Origin: Pseudobacteriovorax sp.
GTDB lineage: Bacteria; Bdellovibrionota_B; Oligoflexia; Oligoflexales; Oligoflexaceae
Reading direction: 5' to 3'
Assembly: GCA_050293845.1 (NCBI GenBank)
Contig: JBNKNM010000002.1
Span: 82,144-102,602 of the forward strand
DNA length: 20,459 nucleotides
Position 1 is the first letter of the stretch, and every line of letters begins with the position of its first letter. The translations under genes were made by a program, and so were the position numbers. A model generated the notes under the pieces. It had not been told where the DNA came from, did no database searches, and saw only the letters and a list, made by a program, of their open reading frames with translations. This document shows positions 1 through 6,705 of the stretch, one piece after another.

Positions 1-2
1 GT

Positions 3-2528
3 TCCACCTTTCAATGGCAGTCTTCCGATCAATGGGGACAGACCTTTGGATTTAATGCCAACTACGGTGGTATACCACGAAATGTCTACCTCCATGTAAC
101 CAATCCCACTTATCAAACTTTTCCACTCTATTCCAGTATGGGAACAATCGGTACTTATGTCTATGCTAACAATTTTGATATCAGTGGAGGTTCGGCAACT
201 ATCAATGTCGAATGCCAAGTTCAAAATAGCTATTCCAAAAGGCGGCATCTCAGTATCCAGGTGGATCTGGTTGATTTGGATGGAAATCAAGTGGCCTCTT
301 TTGCTTCTGATGACAATTGGATTGATTCAGGAGGCAGATCGGTTCTTACAGCTTCATCCAATGTCAGCGGCCTCAATTTTTATGAATGGCGCTACGCTTA
401 TCTATATGATGTTTATGTCATTCTCAAAGATGATTCTACCGTATTGGATGTGCAAAAACTCCGCACGGGTTTTAGAAAAACCCAAAGGATCGGCGGTTCT
501 TTACAGATTAATGACCGTACGATCCAGCTTAATGGCTACGCACAGCGGTCTCAAAATGAATGGCCGGCAATCGGCAACGGGATCCCCAACTGGATGAGCT
601 ATTTTAGCAATAAACTGATGGTGGAGGGCAATGCAAAATTAGTCCGCTGGATGCATGTTACGCCTTCTAAACAGGACATTGAAGCCTGTGACCGACTGGG
701 TTTGTTTCAAGCAGTCCCTGCAGGTGATAAAGAATCCGATACTGGGGGTCGCTGGTGGGAGCAGAGAGTGGAGCTGATGCGCGACATCATGATTTACAAT
801 CGTAATAATCCCAGTGTGCTGCTTTATGAAACCGGAAATTCGGAAATTTCTTCTAGCCATATGCAGGAGATGCTGGTTCTTAGAAACCAATGGGATCCTC
901 ATGGCGGACGATTCATCGGCGGCCGCGACATGGCTTACAATGCCATCGCAGAATGGGGTGGTGATATGTTAGGCTCACAGACCAGTTCAACCAAGCTGGC
1001 CTTCGGCACAGAATACATGCGAGACGAAGGGAATCGCGCTTGGTGGGATACGTATTCTCCTCCCTATTATCACACCGACGATCCTAACTGGAACCGCAAC
1101 CAGGATTCACATGCATTACAGGCTATTTCAAGCGGACTCCCCTATTATAATTTGCGTCCAGGTACTGGTACAGAAGTGAACTCCGGCGGTTGGAATATCA
1201 TATTTGCCGATACCAATACACACTACCGGGGTGTTGAAAACTACCGGCGAAGCGGCGAAGTAGATGCCATGCGTTTGATTAAAGAAGCCTGGCATGCCCA
1301 CAGGGTGATGTGGAGCGGTTTGGCAGAGAAGAGTGGAAAGGATATCTACATTGTCGGGCATTGGAATTACCGTTCGGGAACCACAAAAAATGTCTATGTG
1401 ATTTCCAGTGCTCCACAGGTCGAATTGTTTGTCAACGGAGTTTCGCAGGGTTATGGCAAGCGTACCCAGACCTTCCTCTTTACCTTCCCGAATATCGACT
1501 ACCAATCCGGTACGATCCGTGCGGTAGGGTATGACATATTAGGGGAACAAACTTGTGAGACTTCCAAATCGACGGCAGGTGAAGCCAACCGGATCCGCTT
1601 AACGGTTCACACGGGTCCGAATGGTTTGCGGGCAACCGGCGGTGATGTGGCCTTGGTAGACGCTGAAATAGTTGATTCAAATGGCAACCGCTGTCCCTCG
1701 GCTAATAACATGATTGATTTTAGTATTTCCGGACCGGCTGAATACCGGGGTGGCATCGGACTAGGACCAAACAATTACATCTTATCACCCAGTCTGCCCG
1801 GTCATTGCGGAATCACCCGTATCATCGTCCGTTCTACCCAGAAAGCCGGGACAATAACAGTGAATGCCTTTTCAGAAGGACTCACTCCCGCTAGCGTTGC
1901 CATCACTTCACATGCCGTGAGCCTGTCAGGCGGATTGACCACTGAGTTGCCCAATGACGGCCTACCTTATGTATTAAGCAAAGCTCCCGACGATCCTTCA
2001 CCTGAGCCTAATTTGCCCCCAGGACCGGATGAAATATTAATTCGCAGTGCCACAGCAGGGGCTGAAGAGAATGGCAACCCCGTGACTGGCTCATATGATA
2101 ATGATGAGGGAACCCGTTGGGCTAATGACGGTAATGTCTCTAACGCATGGGTCGAATACAATTTCGGTACTACGCAGACGGTTGATGAATTGGATATCAT
2201 CTTCTATAAGGGGAGTTCTCGTACCTATCCCATTAGAATAACTGTCGGGGGTACCACCGTATTTTCAGGCCGCACCACCATGGGCCCCAGCTTTAATCAT
2301 ACTTTTTCAGCCATAAGCGCCGACAGTATGCGTATTGAAATGACAGGCAACAACAGTGACGGAAGCGGCTGGTTTAGCATAAATGAAATTAATGTTTATG
2401 GAGGAGAGGATTCTACTTCGCCCCCAGGACCGGACGATGGAGCGGTTTGGCAGAGAAGTGTGGAAAGGATATCTACATTGTCGGGCATTGGAATTACCGT
2501 TCGGGAACCACAAAAAATGTCAATGTGA
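3..2528 (+). CDS. Glycoside hydrolase family 2 (beta-galactosidase/uronidase-like) with DUF4982-like Ig domains and a C-terminal F5/8 type C (CBM32-like) module; 5' end lies outside the window and the extreme C-terminus is aberrant
   Basis: The frame is open from nt 3 (STFQWQSS...FNANYGGIPRNVYLHVTNPTYQTFPLYSSM), so the ATG at 138 is probably internal. GH2 motifs include RTGFRK, VRWMHVTP, RNNPSVLLYETGN, IYIVGHWNY and VELFVNG. A Pro-rich linker is followed by a discoidin-like domain (DNDEGTRWAND...WFSINEINVY). The last ~30 codons come from an out-of-frame duplicated segment. Confidence 0.88.
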   Translation, partial: STFQWQSSDQWGQTFGFNANYGGIPRNVYLHVTNPTYQTFPLYSSMGTIGTYVYANNFDISGGSATINVECQVQNSYSKRRHLSIQVDLVDLDGNQVASFASDDNWIDSGGRSVLTASSNVSGLNFYEWRYAYLYDVYVILKDDSTVLDVQKLRTGFRKTQRIGGSLQINDRTIQLNGYAQRSQNEWPAIGNGIPNWMSYFSNKLMVEGNAKLVRWMHVTPSKQDIEACDRLGLFQAVPAGDKESDTGGRWWEQRVELMRDIMIYNRNNPSVLLYETGNSEISSSHMQEMLVLRNQWDPHGGRFIGGRDMAYNAIAEWGGDMLGSQTSSTKLAFGTEYMRDEGNRAWWDTYSPPYYHTDDPNWNRNQDSHALQAISSGLPYYNLRPGTGTEVNSGGWNIIFADTNTHYRGVENYRRSGEVDAMRLIKEAWHAHRVMWSGLAEKSGKDIYIVGHWNYRSGTTKNVYVISSAPQVELFVNGVSQGYGKRTQTFLFTFPNIDYQSGTIRAVGYDILGEQTCETSKSTAGEANRIRLTVHTGPNGLRATGGDVALVDAEIVDSNGNRCPSANNMIDFSISGPAEYRGGIGLGPNNYILSPSLPGHCGITRIIVRSTQKAGTITVNAFSEGLTPASVAITSHAVSLSGGLTTELPNDGLPYVLSKAPDDPSPEPNLPPGPDEILIRSATAGAEENGNPVTGSYDNDEGTRWANDGNVSNAWVEYNFGTTQTVDELDIIFYKGSSRTYPIRITVGGTTVFSGRTTMGPSFNHTFSAISADSMRIEMTGNNSDGSGWFSINEINVYGGEDSTSPPGPDDGAVWQRSVERISTLSGIGITVREPQKMSM
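1311..1464 (+). repeat. Source copy of a 154-bp direct repeat inside the GH2 gene
   Basis: TGGAGCGGTTTGGCAGAGAAG...TTATGGCAAGCGTA recurs at 2438-2591. Confidence 0.97.
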
Positions 2529-2591
2529 TTTCCAGTGCTTTACAGGTCGAATTGTTTGTCAACGGAGTTTCGCAGGGTTATGGCAGGCGTA
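2438..2591 (+). repeat. Second copy of the 154-bp GH2 segment, out of frame with the gene
   Basis: Aligns without gaps to 1311-1464 with 5 substitutions by manual comparison. Confidence 0.97.
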
Positions 2592-2805
2592 GCTATCCTC
2601 GAACTCCAAGCTTATCGACTTTGAAAACTTTGGTATGGCCTCAGAATATGTTGGTGGATTTAAGAGTAAAACGTCCTATCTTTTAACCGGGGGGTATGCT
2701 TTGCACTTCGGAAGTGCAATTGAACAAAAGTTCGCCGCAATCTCGGTTCTTTAGGGCCGAGTCAAGGCGAATACGCCGCTTAGATGTTACATATGAGCTA
2801 GTTCT

Positions 2806-2833
2806 TTGACAAATTAGGTATGGGTTCCACTAT
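2806..2833 (+). promoter_or_regulatory. Possible sigma70 promoter inside the mini-element
   Basis: Perfect TTGACA at 2806-2811 with a weak -10 (CACTAT, 2828-2833) at 16-bp spacing, pointing toward the omegaRNA-like region. Confidence 0.3.
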
Positions 2834-2920
2834 CAATTCCTATAGTGGGTAAAAACCTAAAGGTAGCGCCGAGTTTACTGTGTATGGCTAAACTCACCTC
2901 CTAACGGAGAAAAAATAATC

Positions 2921-2977
2921 GTGCGCAATCTTAATACACAAAAACACTTTTACCCTGGAACGGGGTTGCTTGGCTAA
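2921..2977 (+). pseudogene. tnpB: Probable internally deleted tnpB remnant (MRNLNTQKHFYPGTGLLG*)
   Basis: GGAG at 2906-2909 followed by GTG at 2921. TQKHFYP resembles the TnpB N-terminal K-x-R-L-Y-P motif, and the ORF sits where tnpB would lie, just before the RNA scaffold. It is very short, so support is weak. Confidence 0.35.
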
Positions 2978-2988
2978 TGTCAAGTATC

Positions 2989-3165
2989 GGACGTGGAGTC
3001 TCAAGTAAGACCTAGCTAGCGAAAGCAATCTAGGCAAAGGACTGCGAAACGTCAAAAAAGAAAACTATGGGTTTGCCTGTAGTTGGAAGCCACGCCCCTT
3101 TAGGGGTGTCCTGAAAACCGGCTGGATTTTAGGTTGGTAGTTCACTTGGAAACGGTAGATCAATC
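2989..3165 (+). ncRNA. TnpB omegaRNA (reRNA)-like scaffold plus flank-derived guide (about 3146-3165)
   Basis: Nested stems GACGT/ACGTC (2990-2994/3049-3053), AGTC/GACT and CCTAG/CTAGG around a GC-GAAA-GC tetraloop. These are followed by the hairpin AACTATGGG-TTTG-CCTGTAGTT (3063-3084), the right-end hairpin and a TTCAC terminus, which is the usual architecture at tnpB 3' ends. The 5' boundary is uncertain. Confidence 0.65.
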
Positions 3166-4424
3166 CCAAGGTTTTCAGCGATAATCATTGAAGATACCAC
3201 CCCATTTTCCAAGAGGGGAAGTTTCTCCCCGAGATAAGAGCCGGTGAAGAATATTCTACGATCTTGAGCCCTATATTGTCGAGAACGAATTCGTTCCATA
3301 GATTGCTGTGAATTCAAGTTTACTACAGGCCGTTCGAATGCAGCTCTGCCGATCTCATTTTCCATATTATGCGGTGGATTTAATGTTTGAAAGTAGTCTA
3401 CTTCATCTTGAAAAAATTCAGGTTCACTCTTATTCACCCACAGGGTAGCGACAGGTAAGTCCTCTTGAGGGTTTACGAGGTAATTGACCGCAGCCCAGTC
3501 TTTTCTATGGCGGGGCATGAAAGAAGCATTAGTGTGGACTGACATAGTTGTTCTCTCATAGGGAATGCGTTTGAGGTCCTCTATGTCTTCCTGCATTTGT
3601 GAGGGGTCTATAATCTCCGCAGCTTGGTTTGCTTGTAACGCGATGATCCCATAGTCAAATTTTTTAGAGCGATTGTGTGAATCTAAGACTATTATTTTGT
3701 TGTTTTCTTGCCATATTCTCTGCACTTCATTATTCAATAGGCGATGCTGAACAGCTTTTGCTAGGCGTTGCTCTAAAATTCGGGTACCTCCAATCCAGCG
3801 TCTCATCGGCTTGGTTCCTGAAAACTTACGGAACAGGTTTAATATGACAATAGCGGGATATTCCAGTACACTTGCATTCTTACACGTAGCTATGGCAGAA
3901 AAAAGTGGAATAAAAAACTCTTGTGTAAATTCTCGACTAAATTTCCTTTCAGCAAGATATTGTTGGATTGTATGCTGGTGATAGCGAGCCATATTCTCAG
4001 AATAGCGTAAGTCCCACATTAGTTTCCCGTAGTCTGGAAGAAACTGAGCCAGCCAAGGCAGCTTTGCTAACTTTGGTGAGATGTAGCTCAGGGAAAAATT
4101 TCCCTTTACCAGATTTTTATAGCGAAAATAGGTTTCACCATCACTGTTGGAGAAGGAGCTATCATTGTTGAGAAAGCGGAGACCTATACCTAGGTTTTGG
4201 CATAGTTGATAAAGGCTTGGGTAATATTGTGTGCTAAATACTCTAATAGGAACATCAATGTGTTTTAAAGTTCCAGCAGAAAGGATATCAATACCTTTTT
4301 GCCCCATCCCAAGGCTGCTGCTTTTTTCGAATAAGGTGATTTCGAAGTTTCGAGAAAGCAACCAAGCGGCGCTTAGTCCAGCAATCCCACTACCTAAAAT
4401 GGCGATACTCTGTTTTGAGGTCAC
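3129..4424 (-). CDS. FAD/NAD-binding oxidoreductase (COG2907-like amine oxidase family)
   Basis: N-terminal IAILGSGIAGLSAAWLL dinucleotide fold, plus HIDVP, W-A-A-V-N-Y and LLENGVVS motifs. GTG start with GGAG upstream. The last residues (SELPT*) are encoded by the IS right end. Confidence 0.85.
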   Translation of the reverse strand: MTSKQSIAILGSGIAGLSAAWLLSRNFEITLFEKSSSLGMGQKGIDILSAGTLKHIDVPIRVFSTQYYPSLYQLCQNLGIGLRFLNNDSSFSNSDGETYFRYKNLVKGNFSLSYISPKLAKLPWLAQFLPDYGKLMWDLRYSENMARYHQHTIQQYLAERKFSREFTQEFFIPLFSAIATCKNASVLEYPAIVILNLFRKFSGTKPMRRWIGGTRILEQRLAKAVQHRLLNNEVQRIWQENNKIIVLDSHNRSKKFDYGIIALQANQAAEIIDPSQMQEDIEDLKRIPYERTTMSVHTNASFMPRHRKDWAAVNYLVNPQEDLPVATLWVNKSEPEFFQDEVDYFQTLNPPHNMENEIGRAAFERPVVNLNSQQSMERIRSRQYRAQDRRIFFTGSYLGEKLPLLENGVVSSMIIAENLGIDLPFPSELPT

Positions 4425-4439
4425 TCCAGCTCCTTCTAT

Positions 4440-6041
4440 CTAATTTTGACTAATGAGTTCAATTTTCCGTGGTACTTTATACGATGCGAGATAAAGACGA
4501 CAAAATTTTTTAATATCTGAAGTCTGAAGGTGATGATCACTATCCACATAGAGCCTTGCATGAACAGCTTCTCCCGATATTTTGTGTGCCACTCCAAAAA
4601 CATCCGCTTTCATAACTCGCGGATGAAGTTGTAGCACTTCGCCAACCTCTCTAGGATATACATTAAACACAGAAACAATGATCATATTTTTTTTACGTCC
4701 TGTAATCTTTAAATGACCGCTGGCTAGAAACATTCCAATGTCCCCGGTGCGTAGCCAATGATCTGAGGTGAAATGCACTTTATTTTCATCCTCTTGATGC
4801 CAATACCCAGAGCTGACCTGAGGGCCCCTGACATAGATCTCTCCTTCCTCCTGAAAGCTTTCTGCTTCGAGACCATTGGGGAGTACAATTTTTATTTGGG
4901 TTTGGGGTAGAGGGTAGCCTACCGTTTCCAACTCATTGTATTTAGGGTGATTTAGGCTGATAACAGGTGAGGTTTCACTCATACCAAAGCCTTCAATGAT
5001 AGGACATTTTGTTAAGTCTTGCCATTTTTGGGCTACTTCCGGATCTAGCCGCATGCCTCCTGAAATAGTAAGTTTCAAGTGAGAAAAGTCGAGTTGTTTA
5101 AACGCCTTGTTTGTCAGAAATGAACAAAACAGCGTATTGAGACCGCTTAAAGTTGTAAATGGCCATTGTTCCATCTGTTTGATAACTCTACCCAGCTTAG
5201 TAGGATTGGGGATCAGAATGATATGGTTAGATGTGAACACCCCCATCATACAGTGCACGGTGAAGGAAAAAATATGATATAAGGGCAGGATGGTAATGGC
5301 TATTTCCTGACCCTGTTTAATATGACTACCAAGGTACAAACTTAACTGCTCTACATTGCTAACGATATTTGCGTGGGTTAATTGAGCTCCTTTTATGACG
5401 CCTGTACTACCGCCAGTATATTTCAGTAGAGCTGTACTCGAAGGTGCAGGGGGATGTTGGCTTAGATTTAATTTGGTGGGTTTCAGTATAATTTTTCTAA
5501 GGCTGATAGCCTGTGGTTGCTTGAAAGCCATGAACTGGCCTTCCCATAAACTATAAAGTTTAATTTTAAAAGCACGCAACCGAGCTCCGGTATCGAAAAT
5601 GGTTGAGCCAATAATATGGGGGATCTTAGCTTGGCGATACACATCCAACTTAAAGCAAAGACCAACAGCAATTTTAGGCGAACAATCCCTAATTATATGT
5701 AGAGTCTCTCGCGGTGTATAGAGAGGGTTGCAGGGAACAACGATCAGACCCGCCTTAAATGCGGCGAAGACTGCAATAGGGAAAGCTATGATATTTGGTA
5801 ATTGCACTAAAATGCGATCACCCTTTTGGACATCGGCCTGGGAGAGCAGGTACTGGGCGAGACGGTCACTGTAAATGTCGAGTTCATGAAAGGTGATGCT
5901 GAGATCTTCCATACTAAAGGCAGGTAACTGCGGTGATTTCGCAATGGTTTCACGAAATAGGTCGAGGATGGTATGATTATTTTGCGGAAGGCTGCGCCAC
6001 AAATTATTTGGTAACAGCTCTTCCCAAAAATTTTGTTTCAT
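4440..6041 (-). CDS. fadD: Long-chain fatty acid-CoA ligase (FadD-like AMP-binding enzyme) with a short C-terminus
   Basis: YTGGSTGVIKG P-loop, LPLYHIF, EGFGMSETSP, RGPQV..GYW, WLRTGDIG and ITGRKKNMIIVS motifs. Confidence 0.85.
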   Translation of the reverse strand: MKQNFWEELLPNNLWRSLPQNNHTILDLFRETIAKSPQLPAFSMEDLSITFHELDIYSDRLAQYLLSQADVQKGDRILVQLPNIIAFPIAVFAAFKAGLIVVPCNPLYTPRETLHIIRDCSPKIAVGLCFKLDVYRQAKIPHIIGSTIFDTGARLRAFKIKLYSLWEGQFMAFKQPQAISLRKIILKPTKLNLSQHPPAPSSTALLKYTGGSTGVIKGAQLTHANIVSNVEQLSLYLGSHIKQGQEIAITILPLYHIFSFTVHCMMGVFTSNHIILIPNPTKLGRVIKQMEQWPFTTLSGLNTLFCSFLTNKAFKQLDFSHLKLTISGGMRLDPEVAQKWQDLTKCPIIEGFGMSETSPVISLNHPKYNELETVGYPLPQTQIKIVLPNGLEAESFQEEGEIYVRGPQVSSGYWHQEDENKVHFTSDHWLRTGDIGMFLASGHLKITGRKKNMIIVSVFNVYPREVGEVLQLHPRVMKADVFGVAHKISGEAVHARLYVDSDHHLQTSDIKKFCRLYLASYKVPRKIELISQN

Positions 6042-6222
6042 AAATCCACCGTGACATTAAACTAATCAGACTTTGTCATTTTGCTAGGTAAACTATAGTG
6101 AACCATTAGTAAATTCACTAGCTGAGTTTATAATTCTTGCATATTTTTTGATTTTTCTAGCCTTCTTCCCATCAGAGGAACATGATAAAATGGTAAGAAC
6201 AAGACGGTGATAGGAGATTGCT

Positions 6223-6693
6223 TTGTCCAGAAAGCATCAAAAACGAAGGCTACGAAACTACCTCTTGGACCCTTTACTACAAGTAAAACTTGGCCTTTAC
6301 GCCATTGTCTTGGCCCTAGCTTTTTGTAGTATTATGGTAGGGGCTTTCTACAGTAATTTTTATAAATTCTACGATCTTGTGTTGGAACTTACCGACCTCC
6401 GGGAGGAGGTAACACAGATACTGAACTCCTATTTGGAGGATATGATTGTATGGACAGTTTTAGGAACGCTGGTATATTTTGTCCTAATGGTTACAATGTC
6501 GATATTCTACACCCATCGTTTGGTAGGACCAACCTACGCGTTTCGCCGCCATATTCGTGAACTTGTGAAGGGGAATTATAAATCTCGTGTTTCACTGAGG
6601 AAGTCGGATGCTTTTTCCCATATTGCTGAGGAACTTAACGAGCTTGCGGCTACATTAGAGACTCGTGCGGCAAGCAAGAATTCTCAAATTTAG
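6223..6693 (+). CDS. Small two-TM HAMP-domain membrane protein with no output domain
   Basis: Two hydrophobic helices followed by THRLVGP...GNYKSRVSLRKSD...ELNELA (HAMP). AGGAGA precedes the TTG start. Confidence 0.8.
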   Translation: MSRKHQKRRLRNYLLDPLLQVKLGLYAIVLALAFCSIMVGAFYSNFYKFYDLVLELTDLREEVTQILNSYLEDMIVWTVLGTLVYFVLMVTMSIFYTHRLVGPTYAFRRHIRELVKGNYKSRVSLRKSDAFSHIAEELNELAATLETRAASKNSQI

Positions 6694-6705
6694 GATGGTT
6701 TTTCA

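Larger units (their letters stand above)
2725..3145 (+). mobile_element. Non-autonomous IS200/IS605-family miniature element (421 bp; tnpA absent, tnpB deleted)
   Basis: Left end: target TTGAA (2720-2724), guide CAAT (2738-2741), hairpin CTCGGTTC-TTTA-GGGCCGAG (2742-2761). Right end: guide GAAG (3086-3089), hairpin CCACGCCCC-TTTA-GGGGTGT (3090-3109), terminal GGTAGTTCAC (3136-3145). Both guide/cleavage pairs (CAAT/TGAA and GAAG/TCAC) fit the IS608 pattern (AAAG/TTAC and GAAT/TCAA). There is no target-site duplication, as expected for this family. Confidence 0.85.

Noticed and set aside
138..140. ATG at 138 as the GH2 start codon
   Set aside because: The frame is open and GH2-like back to the window edge, so the true start is probably upstream.
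157..2513. Alternative-frame and antisense ORFs within the GH2 gene (157-597, 639-902, 1128-1505, 1310-1534, 1480-1680, 1967-2200, 2307-2513)
   Set aside because: They are fully overlapped by a well-supported gene and have no recognisable motifs.
1311..2591. Diversity-generating retroelement TR/VR pair
   Set aside because: The five differences are not restricted to adenines in either copy, and there is no reverse transcriptase in the window.
2383..2686. ORFs 2383-2592 and 2447-2686 as independent genes
   Set aside because: They are by-products of the 154-bp duplication of GH2 sequence.
2816..2865. preQ1-like or other riboswitch (GGTTC...TAAAAAC)
   Set aside because: The stem and loop do not fit the preQ1-I consensus, no queuosine gene follows, and the segment lies inside the IS-derived element.
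2593..3184. A + strand frame that stays open across the reconstructed empty site (LSSNSKLIDFENFGM...GSAIE|LETVDQSQGFQR*)
   Set aside because: It is only about 56 codons with no recognisable homology and would overlap the oxidoreductase tail. It could be chance, and a BLASTX search would settle it.
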